A stretch of DNA of 55,976 bases from Candidatus Izemoplasmatales bacterium (GTDB taxonomy: Bacteria > Bacillota_I > Bacilli_A > Izemoplasmatales > Hujiaoplasmataceae), in the NCBI GenBank assembly GCA_050177605.1, contig JBFXGX010000011.1:1-55976 (forward strand). Reading direction: 5' to 3'. Numbering within the stretch: the first letter of the stretch is position 1; each line of letters starts with the position of its first letter. The notes beneath the pieces are model-generated. The model ran no database searches. It worked only from the letters and a program-made list of their open reading frames with translations, and had not been told where the DNA came from. Both the position numbers and the translations under genes were made by a program. Below, in pieces: positions 28,998 through 39,939 of the stretch.

Positions 28998-29957
28998 TCA
29001 CCTTCCATATTTCATTTTAGTGTAATTGTTAAAAGCGTTCATTTTCATGCCACAGGGAACCCCAGTATTAAATGAGAGATTAGGAAATAACTTTTCAAAA
29101 TCAATTTCTTGATGATTAAATAAATAAGATTGGATGTCGCTAATCATTGATTTGGAATGATTCACAGCTTGATCAAGTAATTGACTAACAGAATCATTAT
29201 GAGGATGATTGGATACAGGATGATACCACACGCGATGATGTTGATTCAAAAAATCAAATTTAGAAGTATGATGGTACATTGAAACATCCGCTAGTAACAA
29301 AGGCTTGGTATTGTTCATCCCATCGACGATTCTAAAAATACATTTTTTTATTCCATACGGATCATAGGCATATTGTTTTAAAACTCTTTTCATCGTTAAG
29401 ACACCTTTGTGGTAAAGCCCGGATGCTAGCGGTTCTTGATATGTTCTTTTCACGACCTCATTCATCAGAGAAGAAATAGAACTTGGCAATTCATATTTTG
29501 GAAAATATCGTTGATTGAAATCAAATCTTTCAGGACGTACGCCTTCATTCAACCTTATCATCTCATAATCGATTGAACGTTCAAAGCGTAGGTGGAGACC
29601 GCGAAACGCATAAGTCGACTTATTTTTGGGGTCATATTCACCAACATGATAGTATACATATGGGTGTAGGGTTACATCAAGAATATAATGAGTTAAAAAA
29701 CCTACTAAGAATGTATAAGTTTCTTCCGTTAAGTTCTCCTTCACTAGTTGTACAAGATTGGTTAGTAGATCGTGCGTGAGTTCATCATGACATCGATTAG
29801 CAATCTTATGTGCGATTCCTTGTGTTTTTGAATCTAATACATAATAATATGGGTCTGGTCCTTGAGCCCCAATATATAAAAGAGGTTTTACAAAAGGGAA
29901 GGTACTTTGTTTTGTGACCTGTTCTACGATATAATTATGTAAATAAAAGTCAGCCAT
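28998..29957 (-). CDS. Zinc-dependent phospholipase C family protein
   Basis: MADFYLH, GAQGPD, GFLTHYILDVTLHPYV, H..FE..ID. Confidence 0.85.
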   Translation of the reverse strand: MADFYLHNYIVEQVTKQSTFPFVKPLLYIGAQGPDPYYYVLDSKTQGIAHKIANRCHDELTHDLLTNLVQLVKENLTEETYTFLVGFLTHYILDVTLHPYVYYHVGEYDPKNKSTYAFRGLHLRFERSIDYEMIRLNEGVRPERFDFNQRYFPKYELPSSISSLMNEVVKRTYQEPLASGLYHKGVLTMKRVLKQYAYDPYGIKKCIFRIVDGMNNTKPLLLADVSMYHHTSKFDFLNQHHRVWYHPVSNHPHNDSVSQLLDQAVNHSKSMISDIQSYLFNHQEIDFEKLFPNLSFNTGVPCGMKMNAFNNYTKMKYGR

Positions 29958-30106
29958 TGTATTCGCTCCTTCCTTTTATTATATTATACATCTTAATCAT
30001 GTATACTATGTCGTATTTCTTTTAATCAAATAAATGAATTATGAATGAAAGGATACATTTCAATAATCAAAAAACAAATATATTAAAAAAACTAGGCATT
30101 AAATGT

Positions 30107-30859
30107 CTAGCTTTTCTCTTCTTCAAAATTAGCGAGGATAACCTCTGCTTCACTGGATATTTCAAATCCTAGTTTCACTGCCATATTACAGGAAGCTTGA
30201 TTTACAGTAAAGCATCCCCACTGAACTGCTTTACCAATGTTGTTATAGTGATCAATAAATAATACACAGGCATGGGAAGATACGTTCTTACGTCGATGAT
30301 GTTCATCAACGAAAACGTCGATATCCACTATATTCATTGCTTCACCTGCATTCATAGCGTACCCAATTTCTTTTCCTTCAAACAAAATTTTGATCCGGTA
30401 CTCTTTTGATTGGAAATCTTCTTGAAACTGATAATCGGAAGATAAAACTTTGAGAACTTCTTTGTAACGATGGTATTTTTCCAAGTTTAATTGATGAATC
30501 CTGCGGATAATAAGTTGACCAAACTCAGGATAAGTGTAAGGTGACAAATCGGCAATTAGATGATTTTTCCAAATGTCGTTTAGCGGATAAAAAAAAGCTA
30601 ATTTGTCTTCATTAAACGGAAGAATGTTTGTCTTAATGTGTTCTATTGAATCAAACATGAAATTCTCGCTATAATTCCCTCCATAGAAAATTTCTAGAGA
30701 AGGTGTAAGGATTAAAAATGATGAAATCGAAATGATGTTATCCACAAACACATGTCCATTTTGATGTGTTTGAATATATTCTAGAAACCACTTAGCTTGA
30801 TCACTTAAAGGAAACTTGGTTAATAAGTTGCTATATTGATTAACGGGTAATTTTTCCAT
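30107..30859 (-). CDS. GNAT family acetyltransferase
   Basis: IDVFVDEHHRRKNVS, WGC...NQASCNMAVKLGF. Confidence 0.8.
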   Translation of the reverse strand: MEKLPVNQYSNLLTKFPLSDQAKWFLEYIQTHQNGHVFVDNIISISSFLILTPSLEIFYGGNYSENFMFDSIEHIKTNILPFNEDKLAFFYPLNDIWKNHLIADLSPYTYPEFGQLIIRRIHQLNLEKYHRYKEVLKVLSSDYQFQEDFQSKEYRIKILFEGKEIGYAMNAGEAMNIVDIDVFVDEHHRRKNVSSHACVLFIDHYNNIGKAVQWGCFTVNQASCNMAVKLGFEISSEAEVILANFEEEKS

Positions 30860-30873
30860 CCTAACTCCTAAAT

Positions 30874-31599
30874 TTAATAAAATATACTGTCTGTTTTATC
30901 GATAAAAGAGATCAGTAGAGATTCTTGTTCGGGCTCTTCATTTTCTCGTAGTTTTATGAATGACATCACCGGTAAAGAAAGTAGTACATCTCTTTTGTTC
31001 ATTCCTGTTTTTTCAAGAATCATCTGTAAATATTCATCAGCCTGATTTGGAAGAAATTGTCTATATATAATGTAGGTACTGGCAATATCCATTGCTGGAT
31101 GTCCTAGTTTAGCATTTGTCCAATCAATAATATAGTACAATTCATTATCGTAGAGAATATTGAGTGGATGAAAATCAAAATGGCACAGAACCGTCAATTT
31201 ATCGATGCTCGCCAAAGATTCTAGTGCGCTATTCTTTAGTGTTTCATCAAGACTAGAAGCAATAATTTGTTTTTCATAGATTGGATAAGATTGATACAAA
31301 TCTAAATCTTTGTATTCATAGATTTGAGATTGTAAATCAACAAAGTCTTTTAACCAATTGGGATAATGTTCGACCAAGATACGATCCGCTAGAGTTACCC
31401 CATGAAATAAAGTCATCTTGATGTAATCTTCAATAATTTCGTATTTAGCGACATTCAACTTTGTTTTATGATATATCTCGTTTTGTACATTCACTTCATA
31501 ATGAATATTATTACTATCGTAATGCGAATGGTATTTTTTATACGCATACTCTGTGTCTGAATAGACAGTAGCTGTCTTTCCTTCGCCGATTTTTTTCAA
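30874..31599 (-). CDS. APH-family phosphotransferase
   Basis: IGEGKTATVY, CHFDFHPLNI, IIDWTNA..G.P..DIA. Confidence 0.85.
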   Translation of the reverse strand: MKKIGEGKTATVYSDTEYAYKKYHSHYDSNNIHYEVNVQNEIYHKTKLNVAKYEIIEDYIKMTLFHGVTLADRILVEHYPNWLKDFVDLQSQIYEYKDLDLYQSYPIYEKQIIASSLDETLKNSALESLASIDKLTVLCHFDFHPLNILYDNELYYIIDWTNAKLGHPAMDIASTYIIYRQFLPNQADEYLQMILEKTGMNKRDVLLSLPVMSFIKLRENEEPEQESLLISFIDKTDSIFY

Positions 31600-31623
31600 T
31601 GAGGTACCTCCATGTTTCTTTGG

Positions 31624-32412
31624 TTATTTTAGAAAATGTGCTAGGATTGTAACAAATCCCAAGATCATAAAAATCAAAGGAATCCCATATACATCCGTTT
31701 TTGCGAGTGTATTCCAGTAGATTTCATTAGGAGTCCTTTTCTTTCTAGAAAATGATTGAAATACACAAAAGACATGTCGCCATTTTTTAAGAACGCCTAA
31801 CATTAAGTAAAAACCATAGAAAAACAGACCAATTCCAAGAGTGTATAAAGGTATTGCAGATGCATGAGACAAAGCTAAATAAAGTAGAGGAATAATTGCA
31901 ATAAGACTTAAAAGACCGTATTGAATGAGGTAGGAAAAAATGATTGTCCTTTTCTCTTGTTCTTTTGAAAGGATAATTTGATCTTTTTCAGATTGTTCTA
32001 TCAGTTTTTTTGGCTCTTTTACTCGATTAAATCCATGAATGACAAGATTAATCTTTGATTGTTCAATCCATTCATTCATCTTGTAATACATCTCTACACG
32101 CTCTTTCAAGGTTAGTTCTTTCATTTCTGGGTACATCCAAACACTTAAGTCAATATAAACGGTATAAACTTCATCTTCCAAATACGCCTCGTCAACAACC
32201 AATTTTCCTTGATGTTTATAGCAAATAAACGCAAACCCATCTAATTCTTCAGATGCGTCATACACGATTGTAAATTCATCATCATGAATCAAATCAAAGA
32301 TTTCTTTATAAAATGATAATTCAATTGCTTCATCTGAGAAATCTAACGTTTGGATTGCAGTGGTATAGTATTTGCCATTCTCTTGATAAATATTCTTGTT
32401 TGATTTTTCCAT
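31624..32412 (-). CDS. Hypothetical protein, acidic soluble N-domain plus 3 C-terminal TM
   Basis: 262-aa ORF; hydrophobic C-terminal third. Confidence 0.6.
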   Translation of the reverse strand: MEKSNKNIYQENGKYYTTAIQTLDFSDEAIELSFYKEIFDLIHDDEFTIVYDASEELDGFAFICYKHQGKLVVDEAYLEDEVYTVYIDLSVWMYPEMKELTLKERVEMYYKMNEWIEQSKINLVIHGFNRVKEPKKLIEQSEKDQIILSKEQEKRTIIFSYLIQYGLLSLIAIIPLLYLALSHASAIPLYTLGIGLFFYGFYLMLGVLKKWRHVFCVFQSFSRKKRTPNEIYWNTLAKTDVYGIPLIFMILGFVTILAHFLK

Positions 32413-32546
32413 CTTATCCTTCTTTCAATGTTGTAAGTTTCAATCTTAAAAATCATTATAGCATACATTCAAATTACAGTAAATTTATAAAACAACACTT
32501 TACCTGTAAATCAAAGTTATCCAAGATATAAGATTACCTCGAATCA

Positions 32547-33977
32547 TTATGCAGTAATTGTCAAGTTATAAACAGTGATTTTCATCACACCTTGATCAAT
32601 ATCATAGGCAATCATCATCATTTGATAAGTTCCAGCTTCAAGCATTATTTCATTCCTATGATCATTGGTAATGTTGTAAAGAGCATAATACTCGTATATA
32701 GATTCGCTCACTATTGGATATGGAAGGATAGCGTCATACAAGGATTGAATACTTTCTTTGGATTCATAGTTATTCAAGACAAAATCATCAAAATCAGATA
32801 GTTCTGCCCCTTTTGTAAAAAGGATGTCGCTTTCAAGAATTACCGAAACGTTCGTGTAGAATGAGTAATGCGTGTTAGTCGAAACAACCATCATACTGGA
32901 TGGAAAATCATAATGTAAGGTTTCTTCAACTTGAAATAAATAATCATTATTGACATAAATCCGATTGTGAAAGGCTAAATTTATACAACCAACGCTGAGT
33001 AGCATAAATAGAACTATCAAACTTGATATTGTGTTTCTACTTTTTGCGACATTGGTCTTTCTAGAAAGAATGAGTGTAACGATCGGTATTGGTAGGAATA
33101 GTAAAAGAATCCATATTGACAATACAATCCCTGCAGAAGAAAACCAAAAAAGAGTATTTTTGTATAGTGCGGCTGCGAATACAGCCACAGGTAAAGTAGC
33201 GGCATTGATCAAAAAGAGAATTTTTGAGAATTTCACACTCTTTGAACTGACAAGATCTATAGATTGGCTAGAAGAGTGGCCCAGAATATTATTCTTAATT
33301 TTTAAAAAATCACCTTGGAGTACATTTTTTGGAACCGGATAGAGTTGATTTGCATAATTGATATAATAACCAAAATCAGTTTCGTATAGTCTTATAATAT
33401 TGCTATATAAGAGTTGAATATCGTTTTGCTTATTTTCGTTAATCACTGTGATTTTTAAATAATGCAGATAAAAGTTGAATGTAATTGATTTGTTAGGATT
33501 GACTGAGAGATCTTTTTTCACACGATCAATCATTTTTTTATTAGTGAGGACGTCTCTTATCACAGCTACAAGGCATAATCCACCTAGAATGATTACTACA
33601 TATACATTGATTCTCGAATCTACGTAAAAGGAAAATACAAGATAGAAAAATGAAAACAAGAGTATGAGTCGTGAAATGGTATATGATTTTCTATGAGTCA
33701 TTTTTGTAATATCTTGAATCAAAGCCTGTGAAAAACGATAAGTGGCAGAAGCTATCACTGGATCTAAGTCAAATTCCTCATCAGAAGAATCAACTAAGTT
33801 GTTTAATGGAACTTCAAAAAGTTCGGATAATCTTATCAAATCATTCTTCGATGGTTGACTTTGATTTGTTTCCCATAGATTGATCGTTTTTACACTTAAG
33901 TCTAATTTATAAGCAATATATTCTTGTGAATACTCTTTATGTTTTCGATAAGCAATAATCTTTTCGCCAACAGTCAT
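32547..33977 (-). CDS. XRE HTH - TM - YcxB-like - TM membrane-tethered regulator
   Basis: GEKI...RK...SQE.IA..L.LS..TI..WE...S.P; two TM clusters separated by a PH-like segment (YSNIIRLYETD...PVPK). Confidence 0.75.
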   Translation of the reverse strand: MTVGEKIIAYRKHKEYSQEYIAYKLDLSVKTINLWETNQSQPSKNDLIRLSELFEVPLNNLVDSSDEEFDLDPVIASATYRFSQALIQDITKMTHRKSYTISRLILLFSFFYLVFSFYVDSRINVYVVIILGGLCLVAVIRDVLTNKKMIDRVKKDLSVNPNKSITFNFYLHYLKITVINENKQNDIQLLYSNIIRLYETDFGYYINYANQLYPVPKNVLQGDFLKIKNNILGHSSSQSIDLVSSKSVKFSKILFLINAATLPVAVFAAALYKNTLFWFSSAGIVLSIWILLLFLPIPIVTLILSRKTNVAKSRNTISSLIVLFMLLSVGCINLAFHNRIYVNNDYLFQVEETLHYDFPSSMMVVSTNTHYSFYTNVSVILESDILFTKGAELSDFDDFVLNNYESKESIQSLYDAILPYPIVSESIYEYYALYNITNDHRNEIMLEAGTYQMMMIAYDIDQGVMKITVYNLTITA

Positions 33978-34119
33978 ATTTTCACCTCTTCAATGTCGCA
34001 TTTGTAAAAACGTAGGACTTTGATTATTGATTAACCATATCCTTGATGTATTTATTTTAGCATAATTGAGAATTAAAAAAAATCACTTCTTAAATAAGAA
34101 AGTGATTTATTTGTATTCG

Positions 34120-35769
34120 TTATTCTTTTAGCGACGATTCCATCGCTAGAAGCAATGTCCCTGATGAGTCTAGGCCATTTTCCCAGTACATCATCCCTCC
34201 AAGACCTTGATTAATAATATAATCGCTTTTATCCATGATTGATCTTGGGTTATCAAATGAAATAAAGATGGTTCCATCAGTGCTGATGATATAAGGAACA
34301 CCAGCTTTTGAATCATAGTAATAATTATAGTTACTATTATTTAAATAGTTATTCATAATATAAGTATAAGATACAGAACCTGCATTTGTCCATGCGGACC
34401 AAGTTCCTGAACCAGCATCATATGTTCTGGTTTGTTTTATGCCATAAAAGGCTACACCAACGATGATTTTACTATTTGGGATGCCGTATGTATTATAAAT
34501 CGCAACACTTTCAGCGATGGAACAACTACTTAATGTTTTTCCAACCAAATTGGTTGTATTAGCATTAGTTGTTGATTTATATAATGCGTTTTGATAGTAT
34601 CCGTTGTTGCTGACCATTCCATAGGTCATCATATTGATATAATCTAGGTATTGTTGAGAGTTAACCAAATCATATCTAGGTGGCTGCCACATTCCTCCAG
34701 CAACTGCCGCTGTAACTAAATGATTTGGATTATTTTCTTTCACTTTTGTGTAAATAACATGCATCATTTCTGTAAATTTCGTTGCTTCAGATTCAGTTGG
34801 TGTTTCCCAGTCAATATCGACACCATCAAATCCATATTGATTAATCATGGCAACAATATTATCTGCGAAGTTGTTTACTCTTGTTGGACTTCCCGCGATA
34901 GAAGACCAAGAAGAATCAGGAGCGATTGAGAAAAGAACCCAGTTTCCGTTCTCCTTTGCTTTTGGCATAATATAAGTATTGATGTTGGCTAAGACACTTG
35001 TTCCAGATAAATTTCCTTCTGAATCAGCTGTTATAAAAGCGCAATTAATAATGTCTAGTGTTGTAAAAAAGGCATCACTGACTAAATAATAGTCACGATA
35101 GATATAACTTGAAGCAAGTGGTGCAGTTAAAGGCTTATATCCCTCTATTTGGACTTCAAATGACTCTGTATGGGTTCTTGATTCAATTGAAATTGTTGCG
35201 GTCAAGGTAATCAGTGTGGCTTGATATGGCCTAAGATATTCACCCATACTGTTCAAAATGTCTGGATGACTAGAAGTCCAAGATATCGTATACTCCGAGA
35301 AAGTTTTTGGTAAGTCGATATCACTTGAGAGAACAGAAGGGATATTTTGCGATAAATAGTTTTGTACATCACTCCAGTCTTCTGCTTCCCATTTTGCGTA
35401 AAGAGTAATGTCTGATGTAATGGTATAAGGAGATATGATTGTTTCTGCGTCTGGTGTGTTTGTAAGCGTCCATCCCACAAATATGTAACCTTCTTTCGTA
35501 CAAGTCGGTAGATCAATTGATTCTCCATTTTCTTTGATGATTGAACTGACGTTACTTCCACCTACTGAATCAAAACTGATGGTGTAGTTGATTGTTTCAG
35601 TAGAAGAAGATGTGATTGAAACAGTTGAAGTAGTCGTTGAAGTTGACGTGTCTGAATAAGAAGTTGTTGAGGTTGTGATTGAGGTTGTTGCATCATTTGT
35701 TAAATGACATCCGTAAAATGATATACTAATCGCTATGATAGCGATACTAAAAATGATTTTTCTGATCAT
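34120..35769 (-). CDS. GH18 chitinase-like lipoprotein with S/T linker, InlB B-repeat and Ig-like domain
   Basis: Lipobox FYGC; ISFDSVGGS...KEGYIFVGW...TLYAKW; catalytic FDGVDIDWE; NMMTY, GLGGMMYWE; ATG 35769. Confidence 0.92.
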   Translation of the reverse strand: MIRKIIFSIAIIAISISFYGCHLTNDATTSITTSTTSYSDTSTSTTTSTVSITSSSTETINYTISFDSVGGSNVSSIIKENGESIDLPTCTKEGYIFVGWTLTNTPDAETIISPYTITSDITLYAKWEAEDWSDVQNYLSQNIPSVLSSDIDLPKTFSEYTISWTSSHPDILNSMGEYLRPYQATLITLTATISIESRTHTESFEVQIEGYKPLTAPLASSYIYRDYYLVSDAFFTTLDIINCAFITADSEGNLSGTSVLANINTYIMPKAKENGNWVLFSIAPDSSWSSIAGSPTRVNNFADNIVAMINQYGFDGVDIDWETPTESEATKFTEMMHVIYTKVKENNPNHLVTAAVAGGMWQPPRYDLVNSQQYLDYINMMTYGMVSNNGYYQNALYKSTTNANTTNLVGKTLSSCSIAESVAIYNTYGIPNSKIIVGVAFYGIKQTRTYDAGSGTWSAWTNAGSVSYTYIMNNYLNNSNYNYYYDSKAGVPYIISTDGTIFISFDNPRSIMDKSDYIINQGLGGMMYWENGLDSSGTLLLAMESSLKE

Positions 35770-35991
35770 AAGTAAGTCTCCTGACAAAACATTTTTTTAA
35801 AAAGTAGGATCTATTTCATTATATCATAGATAAAAATGGAAAAATGTTCAAGATTTGACATTTTCTTTCTGTATTATGTTGAATCGGATTTCATGATTAT
35901 TATCAATATCACTTTTTGATTAATCTATCGTTAATAAAAAAAAACGGCAGAACCGAAGTTCGTGCCGAGATGAATCATTCATTTGAAGTGC

Positions 35992-37143
35992 TTAGTTCGT
36001 ATCATTCATCAAGATTTGATAAAAATACTCTGAAGCAATGACGAATTTTGTCGGAAAATGACGATCCGAGAAAACAAATTGATACAATTGATCATGATCA
36101 TATATTTGAACATTGATACCAAGATCAGAAGGTAGAGATGCAATGTGACTTGGTTGAAACTGATAATTGACAGGAAGTCCATCGACTAGCCCCTCAAACA
36201 AATAGAGGTTACGAGACAAAGTCAAAGTCCCTTCTCCGACATCAACGATGTTGTTGTCGCGGAACATCTCTAGACGAACTGGAGAAGACATCGTGAATTC
36301 TTTATTTTGATCAATCTCATTTTGAAGTGCTTGCTCTTGTAGATGATATAAAGAATCGAGACGAAATCCTCCAATTTTTCCATATACATCATATTCAAAT
36401 GAAGCATGACAATCAGGACAAATAAGTTGGTTCCCTTTTGTGAATAAGTGTTCTTGATGACAAGATGGACATCGGTAAATGACGCTTTCAAGATTATCAA
36501 TATCTTGTACAATGTATTCATTTCGTTGTATCTCATTTTCTTCATGTGTGTTGAAGTAAAGAGATTCTTTTACGAGAAGATTAATCTCTTCAACAGATAA
36601 ATGATTCAAATCCTCTTTTGATGCTATTTGGTCTACCACCGTTTCAATTTTTCCAGCAAAAGTTTTCGTAGACCATGGTGGGTTCACTAGATAGGCAAAT
36701 TTATGTTTTACGATATACACTGGAACCTTTGCTTTTTTTAATAGTTTGCCAATGGCTGGATTCATTGGAATTGTAACGCCTGTTGGAGAGATTTGTCCTT
36801 CAGGAAATATCAAAATAATTCCACCTTTTTTTAAAATATTAAATGTTGCGATCGTTGATCTCGGATCGGACTGATATAGACTTTTTGGAATTGCTCTAGC
36901 AAGTCGAAGCCAAAGTCCTCTTTCAGGCTGAAGGAACATTTTTGATGCAGCAATATAATTGACCCTTTTTGGCCAAATCGCTGCAGTTGTGTAGATAAAA
37001 TCAGAAAAGGATGTATGGTTTGAAAGCACAATACAAGGTGCTTTGATTTTTGAGAGACGCTGGATTCGTTGACCTTTGAAAAAACCGGTGATTTTAAGAA
37101 TCCCCCCTAAGGTGAAAAACAGAAAGGGGTTCGGCCGCTTCAT
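35992..37143 (-). CDS. PlsC-family lysophospholipid acyltransferase with C-terminal zinc ribbon
   Basis: NHTSFSD (HX4D), IFPEG, YRCPSC...CPDC. Confidence 0.88.
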   Translation of the reverse strand: MKRPNPFLFFTLGGILKITGFFKGQRIQRLSKIKAPCIVLSNHTSFSDFIYTTAAIWPKRVNYIAASKMFLQPERGLWLRLARAIPKSLYQSDPRSTIATFNILKKGGIILIFPEGQISPTGVTIPMNPAIGKLLKKAKVPVYIVKHKFAYLVNPPWSTKTFAGKIETVVDQIASKEDLNHLSVEEINLLVKESLYFNTHEENEIQRNEYIVQDIDNLESVIYRCPSCHQEHLFTKGNQLICPDCHASFEYDVYGKIGGFRLDSLYHLQEQALQNEIDQNKEFTMSSPVRLEMFRDNNIVDVGEGTLTLSRNLYLFEGLVDGLPVNYQFQPSHIASLPSDLGINVQIYDHDQLYQFVFSDRHFPTKFVIASEYFYQILMNDTN

Positions 37144-37144
37144 T

Positions 37145-38551
37145 CTAGAGACTTTGTAGAAGTTCAGTATTATCTAACTGACCTTCTTTAATTGCTAAAG
37201 CGATTTCTTTTTGTTTTGTTGCATCTATCCGATATTTATAGGAAATGAAACTACCAATACTCATAAAAATCAAAGGTGTAAGCGCCATAATAATCCGTAT
37301 TGCAAGCATTGCGGAATCGGGTTGACTAACGATTTCAGGTGCAGTCAGGTCTTGTGACTGGAATCCTGCTAGACCAATGATAAACATCACGAGTGATAAG
37401 CCTAATGCTTGTGCAACTTTATTAATAAAATTGGTGAATCCACTCATTTGGCCATCGAGTCGATCTTTAAATTTTAATTGACCTGCATCAACGACATCTC
37501 CATACATTGTGTGAGGGACAAGTCCTGGTCCACTGATACCAAATCCCATGGCAGCTCCTAGAAAATAGATTGCTATTGGATTGACGTTTGCTGGCAAGAA
37601 AAATAAGATAATTCCTGTCACAATCCATAAATAACCACCAAATCGATAAGCAAATGTTTTCCCCTTCTTCTCAATCATCTTAAGGTAGATAGGTAATGCA
37701 ACGATTTGCATTGAGAACATTAATGCAGCCGCTATCAATCCCACCATCGAAGTCGCACCTGAAGCGGTTAAATCTTTCGTGACATAGAAATCAACGTAGA
37801 AGAAAAACAATCCACTCATTATCGCCATTGACATTTGTAAAACTAAAAACATTCCAAGGTATTGGCGAAATGGTTTTAAAGAAAGTGGTTTTCCGATTTC
37901 TTTGAAAGAAAGTTTTGTCGAAACGATAGGCGTGGTAATCTCTTCTCTAGCGAATAGCCCAGTCATCAAAACTGCAAGACCGAAGAAAAGACCAAAACTG
38001 AGGCTCATCACTTGGTATCCTATAGCAGTATCTGCGAAAGAATCAACGATAATTCCTGGTACAGCCACACAGAGAATCGAAGCGAAGATAGAGAAACCAA
38101 GGCGATATGAATTATATGAAGCACGTTCTTGATAATCACTCGAAATTTCACTTGAGAGTGAATAATAAGGAATCATGATGCTGGTTTGAATTGTTGTGAA
38201 TATTAAATAGGAGAGAAGAACCGCAATCACACGAAGTCCTTCACTAGAGAATGAATACGGGAAAAATAGAATATACATTCCAAGAACGACAAGTGGCGCG
38301 GAGATAACCAGATAAATCCTTCGTTTTCCAAGTTTTGATTTAGTGTGATCTGAGATATACCCCATCATCGGGTCTGTGATGGCATCCCATCCTCTTGCGA
38401 CTAACATTACGAAACTAATCCAAAATGGGTTAATACCAACGGTTAGTGCGAGAAATCCTGGTAAGAGAAAATTAATAATGTTGAAAGAACCTCCACCAAA
38501 GATGTCGGCAGATGCGAATGCGAGTTTTTTACGTAGTTGATGTTTGACCAT
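37145..38551 (-). CDS. GPH family (MelB/UidB-like) MFS cation symporter
   Basis: RGWDAITDPMMGYISDHTKSKLGKRR, IPYYSL, ER...R; about 12 TM; ATG 38551 after GGAGGT. Confidence 0.92.
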   Translation of the reverse strand: MVKHQLRKKLAFASADIFGGGSFNIINFLLPGFLALTVGINPFWISFVMLVARGWDAITDPMMGYISDHTKSKLGKRRIYLVISAPLVVLGMYILFFPYSFSSEGLRVIAVLLSYLIFTTIQTSIMIPYYSLSSEISSDYQERASYNSYRLGFSIFASILCVAVPGIIVDSFADTAIGYQVMSLSFGLFFGLAVLMTGLFAREEITTPIVSTKLSFKEIGKPLSLKPFRQYLGMFLVLQMSMAIMSGLFFFYVDFYVTKDLTASGATSMVGLIAAALMFSMQIVALPIYLKMIEKKGKTFAYRFGGYLWIVTGIILFFLPANVNPIAIYFLGAAMGFGISGPGLVPHTMYGDVVDAGQLKFKDRLDGQMSGFTNFINKVAQALGLSLVMFIIGLAGFQSQDLTAPEIVSQPDSAMLAIRIIMALTPLIFMSIGSFISYKYRIDATKQKEIALAIKEGQLDNTELLQSL

Positions 38552-38927
38552 GATGACCTCCATTTTTAGAGCGTATGATAGTTGCTATTATATATTAATG
38601 ATGCGAAAAAGTCATCAATTTCATCGAATTATACGAGAATTCCAAAATAGAATTGATATGCAACATAGGCAAGTGAGTGATTTGGTTTTTTCGAGAACGA
38701 ATAATGAATATAAAACAAATAAAAAACTCTTCCAGAGGTGGAAGAGTGATATTCCTTTTAAAAATTTGAATAACATTTCATCGATTATGATTAGGTTCTT
38801 ATCCAAACAATCGAATGGTTTCCCTTTTTTGAATGTATCCAAATTCAAGAAAATTATATTCTTTTCTTTTATTTTTTGTGGATAATTACTGTTGTTAAAC
38901 TATCGCAGATAAATATAACAACTTTAT

Positions 38928-39746
38928 CTATACTCCCGAATCCATAATGACAAGAAAAATAGAAGAGAGAAAATCTTTGGAGACTTGATTAAATTTGTAT
39001 TGATACCTACTTATATAACCTAGATCATATATAAAACCAAAGGAGCGTTTTCCTAATTCATTAAACTCTTTCAGGTAATATCGTGATACAAATGACGCAA
39101 TCAATAACCCGATAGAAATCAATGGCAATAGAATTTTTGAAACGACGCTTGCAGATTCGTTCAATACAACAAGTAGTGTTATAAACAGACTGAAAATCAG
39201 AAATACAATCGAGTAAATCGATAAGTTGAATAGAAGTTTATATTTTTTTAAGTAGTTCATTTGCTTTTTAAGGTATTCCTGTTTGTTTGATTCATTCAAT
39301 TCAGGTATTGACCTGAAGTATATCAATAATTTATCAGGGTTTTTATAGTCAACTTTAACAAATCCTGCATTCAAATAGTCCTCTGTAATAGGTTTGTTTG
39401 AAATCATGCATAAGCCTTTAAAATCTTTGTTTTGTAGTAATAAATCAAATAGAGTATGATAGACTGGTACAGTCCTATATTTTTCTTCCACATAAACAAA
39501 ATGGACGAGTTGATGATAATAAAGCGTCAAATTGGAACAAACTACAATTCCAAAGGGATATCCTCCGTCATAGGCAACATACACTCTCATTTGATAAGCC
39601 ACAATTTCGAGCATAAACTGTTCGTATGCATCTTCTTTTGATATCTCTAATTTCGAAATGTGTAAATTAAGAAAATTCGATATGATGTCTTTTGAGGCTT
39701 GATCGCTTGTAGTATGGTCATACTTTACTAATCGAAAGGTATTCAT
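38928..39746 (-). CDS. Hypothetical protein: degenerate GNAT-like N-domain plus 2 TM
   Basis: VHFVYVEEKYR and YLNAGF resemble GNAT; C-terminal TM pair. Confidence 0.5.
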   Translation of the reverse strand: MNTFRLVKYDHTTSDQASKDIISNFLNLHISKLEISKEDAYEQFMLEIVAYQMRVYVAYDGGYPFGIVVCSNLTLYYHQLVHFVYVEEKYRTVPVYHTLFDLLLQNKDFKGLCMISNKPITEDYLNAGFVKVDYKNPDKLLIYFRSIPELNESNKQEYLKKQMNYLKKYKLLFNLSIYSIVFLIFSLFITLLVVLNESASVVSKILLPLISIGLLIASFVSRYYLKEFNELGKRSFGFIYDLGYISRYQYKFNQVSKDFLSSIFLVIMDSGV

Positions 39747-39939
39747 TTATTTTCTCCTTTTCCAAAATGATAGAGTATTTGATACATAGTTCTTAAAAAT
39801 GAAATTACATACATACAAAGCATATCATTTATTTAGGTGGTGTGCAAGCCAGTTCTAAAAATTCAATCAATGATAATCATATCGCTTTTAGTCACCGCAA
39901 TCTTTTGTTATACTTTAGATATAGAAAAGAGATGATTTT

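Noticed and set aside
31624..32412. Polymorphic-toxin immunity protein resemblance
   Set aside because: Only a vague compositional likeness, and no toxin gene nearby.
38544..38927. Overlapping short ORFs (38544-38885 +, 38621-38848 -), an LIIIDE Walker-B-like string and one DnaA box (38877-38885)
   Set aside because: No convincing RBS or family match; a single DnaA box is expected by chance. A decayed gene remains possible but unsupported.
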